A stretch of 50,268 nt of DNA from a virus (Duplodnaviria; Caudoviricetes). A program made the position numbers and the translations under genes. The notes under the pieces are model-generated. The model was not told the origin of the DNA and searched no databases. It worked only from the letters and a program-made list of their open reading frames with translations. The stretch's first letter is position 1. The number at the start of each line of letters is the position of its first letter. Where the stretch lies: positions 1-50,268 of the IMG/VR virus record IMGVR_UViG_3300031949_000056. One strand, written 5' to 3'. Of this stretch, positions 36,476 through 46,356 are shown piece after piece.

Positions 36476-37011
36476 TCATCACCGCTTTCCCCGTCACTGG
36501 AAATGCCGGCGACGACAGATTGATATTGAATGCGATCCGCCGGGCTAAGCGAATTCAACCATTTCTCGAACCCAGAAAACTGTTTGAAGTCCTGATCCTG
36601 ATCACGCATCATTATCCACATGGCCCGCAACTGCATAGTAGGATCGCCATCAGCAGCACCTACCTTCTGATACCGGCATGTTGGGCAGTAATGCATCGCG
36701 GCGGTACAACGGATATCAATGCTCTTGCATTGCGGACAAATGGCAACCTCATCCAGCATAGTCAATTCGGATTGCGGAAATAGGTCACTCATCATCACGG
36801 GGGCGCAGGCAATCTGCATATTCGTTTTGCTGCGCTCAGCCATCGTAATCGTCGGATCGTTCTGACAGGAAAGCCGCCAGGCGCGCAATGCTTCCGCCCG
36901 ATAGTAGGCTTTCAATTCGGCAATTTCGTCCATCGTAAGCCCGCGAGCCTTTAATGTCTTGCCCGCGACTTCGATCAATACGCCAGTATTCAATAATTGC
37001 GATAGGTCCAT
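36436..37011 (-). CDS. Tail assembly chaperone (gpG-like)
   Basis: Between tail tube and tape measure; slippery site at the 3' end. Confidence 0.75.
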   Translation of the reverse strand: MDLSQLLNTGVLIEVAGKTLKARGLTMDEIAELKAYYRAEALRAWRLSCQNDPTITMAERSKTNMQIACAPVMMSDLFPQSELTMLDEVAICPQCKSIDIRCTAAMHYCPTCRYQKVGAADGDPTMQLRAMWIMMRDQDQDFKQFSGFEKWLNSLSPADRIQYQSVVAGISSDGESGDEENPTKPIPTGTP

Positions 37012-37014
37012 GCG

Positions 37015-37389
37015 CTAATTCTTTGTCCAATCTCCGGTGCCCCTGAATTCGTAGGTAGCTGTTTGCGCATCATTGCGATCTACGACCACACGGACCCGCG
37101 TGATACCGATGTCCCCCACCCACGTGCGCCCCGTCGCCGTCGTAAACGTCGCCTGCACTTTTGTCCCCCCGACGGACAAGACCTGCGTCGTTTGATCGTG
37201 CTGGCAGTTAACTGTTCCGCTGTATTCCTTTAGCCCATCAAACAGAAACGCCTTGGATGTCGGGTTCACCGCGGCCAATGCCGTTACCTCGTACGGTTCG
37301 GTCGCCTCTTCCATTTCAAAGCCTACGACGTTCACGAATGCCCCGCTCGCCAACGTGATATAACCCTTGCTTCCGTGTGCTACGGCCAT
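37015..37389 (-). CDS. Tail tube (major tail) protein
   Basis: HGSKG, EVTAL, GLKEYSG, YEFRGTG. Confidence 0.75.
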   Translation of the reverse strand: MAVAHGSKGYITLASGAFVNVVGFEMEEATEPYEVTALAAVNPTSKAFLFDGLKEYSGTVNCQHDQTTQVLSVGGTKVQATFTTATGRTWVGDIGITRVRVVVDRNDAQTATYEFRGTGDWTKN

Positions 37390-37404
37390 CGCAATACCTC
37401 CTGA

Positions 37405-37899
37405 CTAGGCGCTCAACCCGATGATCAACAATTTCGCCACAAGCGTATTTGCGCCGGGATCGAGCTTCAAATCACTGTGCGTAGCATCCACGGTCGCCCC
37501 GTCCACGTCGGACCAGAACCAATCTGAGCCATCGGGAATGACGATCTTGTCGCCGGTCGCACTGACGAACGGTTCCCACGGATTCGCCACGGCCCCGCCG
37601 ACGGTCAAGTCAAATCCATTCGTCGCCGTCGTATTGATGATGCCGATACGGTAAATCTTGGCAAAATCGATCGCGGCCCCGGATACGTCGGTCAGCGCCT
37701 GCAAATCCAAAGTGGTCGCCGCGCCCGCCAACGTCAAGCTCAAGTCGGAGTAGATCAAATTGAGCTGCGTCGCCGCGGTACCATAGGCCCGTCTTTCGGC
37801 GACCTCCAACAAGTGCGTAGCATTGATAACCGCTTCCGTGTCTTTAATCCACGTCGCGCGCAACGTACAATTGAACACTGAATCCATCGTCAATGACAT
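37405..37899 (-). CDS. Structural protein of unknown function
   Basis: Beta-rich ORF in the tail operon. Confidence 0.65.
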   Translation of the reverse strand: MSLTMDSVFNCTLRATWIKDTEAVINATHLLEVAERRAYGTAATQLNLIYSDLSLTLAGAATTLDLQALTDVSGAAIDFAKIYRIGIINTTATNGFDLTVGGAVANPWEPFVSATGDKIVIPDGSDWFWSDVDGATVDATHSDLKLDPGANTLVAKLLIIGLSA

Positions 37900-37900
37900 G

Positions 37901-38317
37901 TCAGCCCTCCTGCACCATCAGGCGATACGTCACCGCCGCCCGCCAAGAGCCAGATAGAAACTCCATGATCGGCACGCCCTCGCGCAGCATGGTAATCCCG
38001 CGATATTCCCCGCCGCTGAACGTCAGGGCGGCATGGTCGAACGCTTCGGTCAACAGATGCACCAATGCGGCAATCGGACCAATACCGCGAGAACCCTCGA
38101 ATACCGAAAACTGAACCATCACGTCCTCGAGGGACTTCGGCCCGGCTCCCATCAGTATTCGATCCGTCGTCCCGCCGATGATCAGCAGACTGGCCGATGG
38201 CAAAAGCGTAGTACGCGGCACTTCGGCGTAACTGACCTCGGCGATACCCGCCGCCAACTCGGCGGACGCCGCCCACTTGTCGTGAATCGCACGCAGGATG
38301 GCTGCTTGATCGTACAC
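37901..38317 (-). CDS. Tail terminator (DUF3168-like)
   Basis: Position; LPSA, VQFSVF and YRL motifs; start uncertain. Confidence 0.6.
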   Translation of the reverse strand: MYDQAAILRAIHDKWAASAELAAGIAEVSYAEVPRTTLLPSASLLIIGGTTDRILMGAGPKSLEDVMVQFSVFEGSRGIGPIAALVHLLTEAFDHAALTFSGGEYRGITMLREGVPIMEFLSGSWRAAVTYRLMVQEG

Positions 38318-38320
38318 GCG

Positions 38321-38701
38321 TCATTTCATTCCCACGTGCAAATTGATACCCCGGATCGCGTTCCCGGATTCCAATGCCAGACGGTACAAGGCGGGCCGCA
38401 GGAACGGGCGCGGCCTCAACTTGGCGGTGCCCAGTTCGAGAAAACGACCATAATAGGCCAGACCGCCAACGCCCATCCGGCGACCGCCGAATCCCAACGG
38501 GGCGTGCCCAATCCCCGCCCGCAGAATGCCCGTGCGTTTCCTCGGCGCCTCCCCCGGCTTGCTGGCCGGCGGAAACGGCTCGGAAACCAATTCGCGAGCG
38601 ATCTCCGTCCATCGGTTGGCAATGCGAATCAAGGCCAACCGCTGAATCGTTTCGGCGAGCCGCGTCGTCTTTTGCGTGTACCATCGAAACTGATTCGCCA
38701 T
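38321..38701 (-). CDS. HK97 gp10-like tail completion protein
   Basis: S.PGEAP..RTG.LR, YGRFLELGT.K..PRPFLRPA. Confidence 0.85.
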   Translation of the reverse strand: MANQFRWYTQKTTRLAETIQRLALIRIANRWTEIARELVSEPFPPASKPGEAPRKRTGILRAGIGHAPLGFGGRRMGVGGLAYYGRFLELGTAKLRPRPFLRPALYRLALESGNAIRGINLHVGMK

Positions 38702-38702
38702 T

Positions 38703-39431
38703 CTAGTCGCTCACAAACCAGCCCGATTGATGCTCGCGGGTCTGCATGCGCACCATACGATTCTGCTCTGCCAGATCGTACGCGTACACGACCTCGAAAT
38801 ACCGGCGACGCGGACCGACATCGACGACAAGGCGCAGCTCGGATTGCACCGGATCTCCGCGATACGTGTTTACCACGAACCGCAACGCTCCATCCACACC
38901 CGCTTGCGAATACGGGGCATGAACGATGTGGGTGATCACCTTATCTTCTCGCCCCCGAGGTACGTCCTCTGCCGAGACCGGCTCGAAACTGCCGCGCATC
39001 CCACCGATGACCGAAACCCATGTAGCCGTTGTCGTCGTCAATCCGTCCGACGCATGTACGGCCCGCTCGACGGAAAACACAACGTCGCCCATTTCCGGGA
39101 CGATGGCCGTCGCTTCGATGATCAACAGACCGCACGCGGATTGAGCATTATCCACGTGGTAGCTTCGCGAATCGGTCAGGTCGACAACAATGTCGCCAGG
39201 CAGCGTGATCTCAATTCCGTCGTCCCCATTACTGGCTTCAAATCGCGTTGTGCTAACCGAAACTCTATCGGAATCTCCATATCGCCTGCCCACGGACATC
39301 GGCGACCGAATGGCTCGTATGAACTTCGACGTTCCATCGCGCCGCGTGTAAAACGCCTCCGTTGCGAAACCCGTTTGTTCCAGGATAACGCTCTCTACGT
39401 CGCGCTCGGCCTGTTCAGTCATGGTCACCAT
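38703..39431 (-). CDS. Head-tail adaptor/closure protein, apparently two domains
   Basis: Position; gpFII-like and head-closure-like beta halves. Confidence 0.55.
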   Translation of the reverse strand: MVTMTEQAERDVESVILEQTGFATEAFYTRRDGTSKFIRAIRSPMSVGRRYGDSDRVSVSTTRFEASNGDDGIEITLPGDIVVDLTDSRSYHVDNAQSACGLLIIEATAIVPEMGDVVFSVERAVHASDGLTTTTATWVSVIGGMRGSFEPVSAEDVPRGREDKVITHIVHAPYSQAGVDGALRFVVNTYRGDPVQSELRLVVDVGPRRRYFEVVYAYDLAEQNRMVRMQTREHQSGWFVSD

Positions 39432-39443
39432 GACCCAACCAGA

Positions 39444-40382
39444 TTAACTGTCCGCCACCGGATACAAGAACCCGCTTGCCGTACCCAAAACACCAGAATG
39501 GTAGTTTTCAGCCAAGGCCATCCCCGGACCGATATAGGGCGTCCCATCGATATCGCCGTCGCCGCTGCGATTATTGGCGATGATGCCCCGAATGTTCGTG
39601 CCGGCCAGATTGATCGCAAAGATGGTGTCCGCCGCCGCGTTGGAAATGAAGTTTCCGACGATAACTGCATCGGTGATCACTTCCGTTGCCGGAGCGTGTA
39701 TTGGACCACCACTCGCGGCAAAATCGCCTGCGATATAGTTCCCCACGACGTACGGACGGTTCTGGTTTTTGTTGAATTCAATCACCTGCGTGTTGGCCGC
39801 ATCCGGCATAATGAATTGACAGCCAATAACGGCAAAGTCATCGGCATCATTATCGGCAGAACCAACGCTGAATGCGATCTTGAAGTTTTCCGTTGGGACA
39901 AATTCACCGATATCACAGTTGACCCACCGATTCCCTTTGGCGGACACGCTAGCGAACTTAACAATGTCTGCGAAACCAGCTAGGAACTTGATGTTCTCCA
40001 CGTAGGTATCCGCCGCTGTTACTGCACACGTTACACTCGCCGCGGCGTCCATGAGGAACGTCGGCTTCGTCGTAGGACCACCCAGCCCAATGAATCTTAC
40101 GCCGATCTTGTCGAACGTAATCCCACCGATCCCCGTAATGGTTTCCGCATGACCGGGCATACCGACGATGATATCCATCTTGCTGTCGGTGCATTTGCCC
40201 AATGCCGCATCCAGTGTTTTAAGTGGGTGTTGCGGGTCCAAGCCGCTGTTGTTGGTGTCATGGCCTGTCGCGTTGTGCAAGAAAAACATCGAGCCAGTCG
40301 TGTAATACGGATTACCCAACCCAACGCCACCGCCAACGACGAATGGTGTTTGAATGCCAAATGGAAAACGAGACATTACCAT
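39444..40382 (-). CDS. Pectin-lyase-fold (beta-helix) virion protein
   Basis: G.D.N.GL....PLKTL..AL...DII..MPGHAET N-cap; Asn ladders. Confidence 0.7.
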   Translation of the reverse strand: MVMSRFPFGIQTPFVVGGGVGLGNPYYTTGSMFFLHNATGHDTNNSGLDPQHPLKTLDAALGKCTDSKMDIIVGMPGHAETITGIGGITFDKIGVRFIGLGGPTTKPTFLMDAAASVTCAVTAADTYVENIKFLAGFADIVKFASVSAKGNRWVNCDIGEFVPTENFKIAFSVGSADNDADDFAVIGCQFIMPDAANTQVIEFNKNQNRPYVVGNYIAGDFAASGGPIHAPATEVITDAVIVGNFISNAAADTIFAINLAGTNIRGIIANNRSGDGDIDGTPYIGPGMALAENYHSGVLGTASGFLYPVADS

Positions 40383-40391
40383 TTTAACCTC

Positions 40392-40790
40392 TCAATCAGC
40401 GCCGACCTCCAGCGCTACCGTCGCGTTGCTGGCCGCCGATGCCGCCAGAATCCTGACAGATTCAACTCCGCGCACATCCACCAACAGATTGTGATTGCCC
40501 ACCGCCGCCGTAACTAAGCTCACGTCCGCCCATAGAATCGGCGGGTCGGGATTCGTGTAATCGGCAGCCACCAGCGCAACCGCCTTAAACGCCCCGGTGG
40601 GTGTTGCTCGGAACTGGACGGCGAACCCCGTCAGCGCCGCGACGGCAACGGTAATATCGAAATACGCATTGGCGCATCCAGGAACAAGAAATGTGCCAAT
40701 CGTCGTAAACCCAGCGGCAGCCACAACGGCTGCCACCGATGTGTATCGGTGAACCCGTTGCACTCCGATGGCCGCTTCTTTGGCTCTCAT
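40392..40790 (-). CDS. Head-associated beta-sandwich protein, paralog B
   Basis: ADYT.P..P and AAVG.H.L..DVRG.ESVR shared with the neighbouring gene. Confidence 0.7.
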   Translation of the reverse strand: MRAKEAAIGVQRVHRYTSVAAVVAAAGFTTIGTFLVPGCANAYFDITVAVAALTGFAVQFRATPTGAFKAVALVAADYTNPDPPILWADVSLVTAAVGNHNLLVDVRGVESVRILAASAASNATVALEVGAD

Positions 40791-41197
40791 TACGAAGATC
40801 CAACATCGGCAACAACAGTCGCCGCCGATTCGCCAGCGTGATCAACTAACAACCGCACTGATTCAATTCCACGCACGTCTAATATCAATGCGTGATCGCC
40901 CACCGCCGCGATCGTCAAATCTCCACTCGCGCGAACCACGGGAGCGATGGGCGTCGTATAGTCCGCCGCCGCTTCAGCGACCGTTTGATATTGAGCATTT
41001 TCATGGGCACGATATTCAACCGAAAAGCCACTTAATGTGTCGCCCGTCGTGGTCAAATCGACATACATGACGTCCCGACCACAAACATCGAACGTTCCTA
41101 AAACTGCGTCGGTCTCCCCGCCAGCCAACACCAACGATACCGATTCGTGCCGATAAACGGTTTCGATGGACCTTTGCACGGGTGATGACGCATTCAT
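40790..41197 (-). CDS. Head-associated beta-sandwich protein, paralog A
   Basis: Same motifs as paralog B. Confidence 0.7.
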   Translation of the reverse strand: MNASSPVQRSIETVYRHESVSLVLAGGETDAVLGTFDVCGRDVMYVDLTTTGDTLSGFSVEYRAHENAQYQTVAEAAADYTTPIAPVVRASGDLTIAAVGDHALILDVRGIESVRLLVDHAGESAATVVADVGSS

Positions 41198-41211
41198 GCC
41201 CGCGAGACTCC

Positions 41212-41721
41212 CTAGGACGCGTCGCCAATGCCGCCGCCGATCAGCGGGAACTTAAGACCGGCATTGAGCTTGCCTGCCTGATAGAATACGCACAGTACCC
41301 GGCTGATTGTCGGCCACGTAACCCCAGTATCCGGGGCAAGCACTTCGATTGCCTGTGCAATCGGGTCCGTCGTCGATTTCTTGAGGGTTTGCGAATCGTT
41401 GATCTGCAACTCGTCGCCCCAAAGAATCTGAGTCGCGGCATCCAGGGCAAACTCGAACACGTCGCCTGGACGAGGCAAAATGAACCACATGAACCGAGCG
41501 GGCATCGCGGCAGATTGTTCCTCGTCGGCGACCACGAGCGCGTGCAGATTATCCGCCGCACCCGCGACGGGAATCAGATCGCCCGAAGCAGCGTCGAAAT
41601 AGCAAATCTCACCACGCTTGATCGTCCGCGTCGAACCGAGGGCCACCAACAGTTGCTGCCGCAACGGGCTCGTTTCGCCCAACACGTTCTTGCGCCAAGG
41701 ACTTTTATTTGTTGCTGCCAT
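41212..41721 (-). CDS. Capsid decoration/cement-like protein
   Basis: Directly after the capsid gene; IKRGE..., GDVFEF. Confidence 0.55.
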   Translation of the reverse strand: MAATNKSPWRKNVLGETSPLRQQLLVALGSTRTIKRGEICYFDAASGDLIPVAGAADNLHALVVADEEQSAAMPARFMWFILPRPGDVFEFALDAATQILWGDELQINDSQTLKKSTTDPIAQAIEVLAPDTGVTWPTISRVLCVFYQAGKLNAGLKFPLIGGGIGDAS

Positions 41722-41737
41722 TGCTCAAGCTACCTTT

Positions 41738-43858
41738 CTACGCCGTGCTCTGTACGAAATGAACGTAGTCGTCACAAAACACTTCAGTATCAAATCGAAC
41801 CTTGGCCATGAACACGATGTCGTGGGTGAACATCTCGGCACTGCCGGCCCCCATCGTGGTCGTTTCCATGCCCAGCACTTCCTTTTTCTTGAACTGCTTT
41901 TGCGGGTCGCCCAGGAACCACGTGCTCGTCGAGTTCAAATCCATGAACGGCGACGACAGTAGCATCGGGCGCCATCGACCGCGCGTACCCCAGGGGTTCA
42001 ACTCGTTCTCGGTTCCCGGAATCAACTCCGAACCGAGAATCTTGACCGCCGTCGCCAATAGAGCATCGGGAACCAACATGACATTCGGAGCGACGAGAAC
42101 CGGCTTACCATTGTGCCGTTTCATGCCCGCCAATAGTGCCCGTGCATTGTCCAGGTCGGTCGTGTCCACAAGGGCATTCACCGCGACTCCGTTCGTTCCT
42201 CGCGTCCGAGCCGTCGTCGAATACAGGGCCGTTGCCGTCCCGCTGGGACGATATACGTACTCGCCGGATGCCGTTTTGGCGTCGGTCACCCGGTCGACGA
42301 TCAATTGCTCGATCGCCTCGGCGGCGTCCACTGCCAAGGTGTTCAACTTCATCAGGAATTGGCCGGTCTGGTCGAAGCGGATCATTTCGTCGGTCACCCG
42401 GATGATCCCGCCCTGCTTCTGGTGACCAACCGTCACATATTCCTCAACCGCTCCGGCTTCCTCGTATTCCTTGCCCTCCGCGATTTTCTTGATCGTCGCC
42501 TCGGTCAACACGCCGACGATCGTGTCCGTCTGCGCATTCGACGCGAATGGCATAGTCAGTTTTTCACCGATTCGCGGGACCGCCTCATACGCGTCTCGAA
42601 TGGCGGCGACGACGGTGTTGCCCGTCAGAATCGCGAAGGCCGTAGTCGTGATGGCACGCTTCGAGCCGTCAACGTCGTTGATCCACTGCTTGGCCGGTAC
42701 GCGCCCCAGGCCACGGTACATGCCCTGCAAGCTCAACTGTTGCGGGGTGATCTTCTTTTCGCGTAGCAATTGCTGGGTTCGACGATCGAAATCACCCTCG
42801 TCATTGCTCAACAGGGCGCGCAAATCGAGCAATCCCAGCATGTTCCCGCCGACTTCAACGTCCGGGGCCCAATCGCGCCGCCGCAACGTTTCGGCCAATA
42901 TGTCGTCCTTGGTGTCGGTCATTCGTGTCGGCGACCGCGGCGCCGGCGGCTCCGGGTTCCCACCGCGACCATTCGTGTCTTTCTGTTTCTCCGCCCAAAC
43001 ATCATGTAACTTCTTTGTGGCCTCTCGCACACTGATGTTCGGATTCTCGCCGATCAGTCGAACAGCGACCGCCGTCATTCCACCGATAGCCGCCGCATCG
43101 ATGATCGCCGCCACGCGTTCGGCGCTCTCCTTGTCGAGTTTGACCGTCAATTCGCGGGTCAGCTTGTCGATGTCCATATTATCGACAATGGGATCACCAC
43201 TCTTGCCGGACTCACCATCAATTTTGACTACGCGGCATTCATCTTCGCTCGACTCCGCGAAAGCGTCAGCCTCTTTTTTCGTATTGAACCGCCGCTCCCA
43301 CGATTCGTCAGCGGCTACGATTTTCCATTTGAACATACGGTTACTCCTCGAATTTCTGCCTACGCCGACATGGGCGTCGGCTGGAATCGGCGTCAGTGTA
43401 AACTCGAAAGCCTCCCATCGGTTCACGATGCGAGCAGGCCCTTGAATCGTTCGATCGCCTATCTTCTTTGACTGTCCCATAAGAACTTCGTCAAAATCTC
43501 CCGGACCATAGCCGTAGCGAATTGATGCGCCCTTCAGGCTGCCACTTTTAACCTGCAACTGCGCCTCTTTGCCGCCGGGGGTTTCGTCAAACCGAATACC
43601 CGCCCGCAAAACTCGGTCCTTATCTACGCGAGCGTCTACAATGGCCCCGATAATCTGGTCGGGGTCGTGATTTTTCAACCAAGCCCCGACTGCGCGAACG
43701 CGTTTTAGGTCCACCGACCGATTAGTGTGCAGCAAAATCTCGCGACCGAACCATCGTTCATTTTCGTCCGATTCGCTCGATACGGCGATGTCCATCACGG
43801 TCTCGTCGTCGTCCCGCTTGGTAAACGACAGAGTGGTGGTACGCAGATAGTGTTTCAC
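41738..43858 (-). CDS. Prohead protease - major capsid protein fusion
   Basis: N-terminal HK97-type protease (NHD, GASIRY, EFTLTPIPAD..VGVGR); C-terminal capsid domain (P..MLVP..L, STWFL). Confidence 0.85.
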   Translation of the reverse strand: MKHYLRTTTLSFTKRDDDETVMDIAVSSESDENERWFGREILLHTNRSVDLKRVRAVGAWLKNHDPDQIIGAIVDARVDKDRVLRAGIRFDETPGGKEAQLQVKSGSLKGASIRYGYGPGDFDEVLMGQSKKIGDRTIQGPARIVNRWEAFEFTLTPIPADAHVGVGRNSRSNRMFKWKIVAADESWERRFNTKKEADAFAESSEDECRVVKIDGESGKSGDPIVDNMDIDKLTRELTVKLDKESAERVAAIIDAAAIGGMTAVAVRLIGENPNISVREATKKLHDVWAEKQKDTNGRGGNPEPPAPRSPTRMTDTKDDILAETLRRRDWAPDVEVGGNMLGLLDLRALLSNDEGDFDRRTQQLLREKKITPQQLSLQGMYRGLGRVPAKQWINDVDGSKRAITTTAFAILTGNTVVAAIRDAYEAVPRIGEKLTMPFASNAQTDTIVGVLTEATIKKIAEGKEYEEAGAVEEYVTVGHQKQGGIIRVTDEMIRFDQTGQFLMKLNTLAVDAAEAIEQLIVDRVTDAKTASGEYVYRPSGTATALYSTTARTRGTNGVAVNALVDTTDLDNARALLAGMKRHNGKPVLVAPNVMLVPDALLATAVKILGSELIPGTENELNPWGTRGRWRPMLLSSPFMDLNSTSTWFLGDPQKQFKKKEVLGMETTTMGAGSAEMFTHDIVFMAKVRFDTEVFCDDYVHFVQSTA

Positions 43859-45471
43859 CTTGAAATCATCCCCATCCGCCCCGCGAATCCGTTTCCATCG
43901 TGCATGGACTTGCCGGCATCGGTCTCGCCGTCCTTGCCCTCTTTTTCATCGTTCGGCCTTTCGTCGGATGGCGATTTGGCCTTCGCGTTTTGTTCGGCCA
44001 GCGTGGGCAAGCCGCTATCTTTTCGCATTACCTCTTCGCGCGCCACCTGGGCAATGATCTCCTGGGCGTCGGCCTCGTATTTCGCCGAGATAAACTCCAA
44101 GGGCACCAGGCCACTGTTCACTGCCAGCACGTCGGCCTTGACTTCCTTCTCCGGATCCACCCACTGTGAGGCCGGCCACTGCACGCGAAACCGCTGATAG
44201 TCCGATCGACGCAGCGAATATCTCGGCGCGCTAATCATTCCCGCCAATACCGCCTCATCGTAGAACGCCGACCAAAGGCGCCTGATGGTCCTCGTGGTTT
44301 TCCTCGCTCTGCGGATAGCGATGTATCGTTGCATCTGCACGATAGCCGCCCGCATTGACGAGTAATTAACCGATTCGTAATCTTGGGCCAGAATCACGTA
44401 GGGGATGTTCAACGCCGTTCCGATAGCCCGCAAAATCTCGTGCATACTAGGAACGTAATTGTCTCCAGGTCGCAGCGGGTTCACTTGAGCCACGGTTTGA
44501 TTCGGACTGAAGTATTTCACTTCTCCAGGTCGAAATGTCTCGTGCCGCGTTGCATCCGATTGGATAACACCCTGCTGAGCGACCACGCTGGCGGGATTGT
44601 TCGTCGTCACGAGCAATGCCAGACATGCCGACATCCGTTGGGCAACGAGCTCGGCCTCTTGATACATTCCCTTATGCCGCAAATAGACCATGACGGACGC
44701 AAACCAGGGCTGTCCTCTAGATTGCCCCGGTCGTAGCATGTCGTATTCGTGCATGATCAGATCGGCGGGGTAACGATCAAAATCGTTGGCCCGAAATCGG
44801 CGAAAGGTGTCGCCTGGATGATCCTGGCTAATCCAATAAGCCACCGGAATGCCCTGCTGGTATTCGACGCCGCCCCGAATGTTCGGGTCGGTCTTCCGAT
44901 CTGGCGGGGTGAATAACCGATCTGGTTCGATCATTTCCACCGCGACGGTCAATGGTACGTCCCGCCGTTGCACATTGATCAGCCGCAGAATCGCTTCCCC
45001 GCTTTCGCAAACTTGGCGTTCGGTCAAGGCCAGCAGTTCCGCCAAGGACATCCCCGCTCCATCCATATCTTCCGCAATCATGCCGAACGCCCATTCCGCG
45101 TGTCGGTTTGCGGTCTCCGCCTGTTCCTCGTTGATCTTTCGACCGACGAGATAGGGCGGCAATGGCGATTCGTCCGCCTGGCATTTGGCTTGAATCCGAA
45201 CTCGATCGCCGACGACGTGGGCCACCCTCGTTGAAGTCGCCGCTGAGGCATGGGGATCATCGCGATTCAGCTGCCGAGAACGATTGCGCAGGGCATCGAG
45301 GTCCGTAATGATTTCCGCGTCCGCACTCGTGGACGGTGACAACCAATCTTTCGTCAGGCGCGTTATTTCCGCACCCGCGTACGTACGAGCGGCGCGAAGG
45401 GCCACGAGCGTCGCCCTCGCCGTTTCTCGGCGAGCCGCCCAGGATGGGAATAGCGCCTCTAACACGCTCAT
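43855..45471 (-). CDS. Portal protein, lambda family
   Basis: LRNRSRQL.RDD, IEPDRL, RPGQSRG.PW, NYSSMRAA, WVDPEKEV. Confidence 0.93.
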   Translation of the reverse strand: MSVLEALFPSWAARRETARATLVALRAARTYAGAEITRLTKDWLSPSTSADAEIITDLDALRNRSRQLNRDDPHASAATSTRVAHVVGDRVRIQAKCQADESPLPPYLVGRKINEEQAETANRHAEWAFGMIAEDMDGAGMSLAELLALTERQVCESGEAILRLINVQRRDVPLTVAVEMIEPDRLFTPPDRKTDPNIRGGVEYQQGIPVAYWISQDHPGDTFRRFRANDFDRYPADLIMHEYDMLRPGQSRGQPWFASVMVYLRHKGMYQEAELVAQRMSACLALLVTTNNPASVVAQQGVIQSDATRHETFRPGEVKYFSPNQTVAQVNPLRPGDNYVPSMHEILRAIGTALNIPYVILAQDYESVNYSSMRAAIVQMQRYIAIRRARKTTRTIRRLWSAFYDEAVLAGMISAPRYSLRRSDYQRFRVQWPASQWVDPEKEVKADVLAVNSGLVPLEFISAKYEADAQEIIAQVAREEVMRKDSGLPTLAEQNAKAKSPSDERPNDEKEGKDGETDAGKSMHDGNGFAGRMGMISR

Positions 45472-45686
45472 GGCGCGAAACTCCCCAACGTGGATGGAAT
45501 CCCACTCGTTTCTTGGCCATATTGTTCGTCAACGTACTTCAAAAATCCCGCGAAATCGCTGAAATCTCGCGACGTGACTGATGCCCCGGACGGAGTGGTG
45601 TATTCCTTGACCATCGCGCGCTGAGGGTTTGCGGCGAGATCATCGAGCACCAATTGCCGTAGGGCGGACCAACTCGTGAAGGCCAT
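45468..45686 (-). CDS. gpW-like head completion protein
   Basis: 72 aa between terL and portal; EYT...G.SVT..D. Confidence 0.6.
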   Translation of the reverse strand: MAFTSWSALRQLVLDDLAANPQRAMVKEYTTPSGASVTSRDFSDFAGFLKYVDEQYGQETSGIPSTLGSFAP

Positions 45687-45780
45687 GCAAGCATTTTGGC
45701 CTATCCATCACCAAGATAAAGCACGACCTTATTGCGGGCACAAAATAATATTGAGGCGGGTGCGTTGGGGGCTGGGATTC

Positions 45781-46101
45781 TTAATCTGGCCGAACGGTCT
45801 TGAATTCCGTGCCGCACGCTCGGCACCGCATGTAGCACAGCACCCCGCGTGAATCACGGCCTCCGGGAACCGTCTGCTTGATCACCGGCGCCGGCTGATC
45901 CACGGAGCGCCGCGATACGCCACAAGAGGGACAGGCGCTCCAATGCACGCTCCCCGTACCAACCCTGGGAACGTCGCCCACGAGTTCAGGCGGCCCCAGG
46001 ATTCGCGCCGTCTGTTGGGAGGGTTTCGGAGGATGCTCGGCATTGATCATTCGATCCGAAAACGATTCCAGAATTCGCGACTTCGGTTTGTTTTTCGACA
46101 T
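45781..46101 (-). CDS. Ogr/Delta-like zinc-finger protein
   Basis: CPSC...YMRCRACGTEFKT. Confidence 0.6.
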   Translation of the reverse strand: MSKNKPKSRILESFSDRMINAEHPPKPSQQTARILGPPELVGDVPRVGTGSVHWSACPSCGVSRRSVDQPAPVIKQTVPGGRDSRGVLCYMRCRACGTEFKTVRPD

Positions 46102-46356
46102 TGTTTTCGCCCTGGTTGCCCGACGTAAATGACGCGGCGGGAGAGAGCTTTGTCTCAAATCCCACGTAACACAAGGGGGGCAGGTTGTTGTTACTCGGGG
46201 GACAGTCCACGGCACAGACCGTGCCATCAACGACAATCCTCACCGAATCGCCCACCCGCACCTGATTCTCGGTTTCAACGGCCATCGTTCCCTCAAAACA
46301 CACGGGGCAATGCCCGGCCGCAAACGTCGTCAATCTTATTTGCTTCACCGATGCCA

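Noticed and set aside
38727-39983. 418-aa plus-strand ORF and similar long antisense ORFs in the late region
   Set aside because: Opposite well-supported structural genes; typical high-GC shadows
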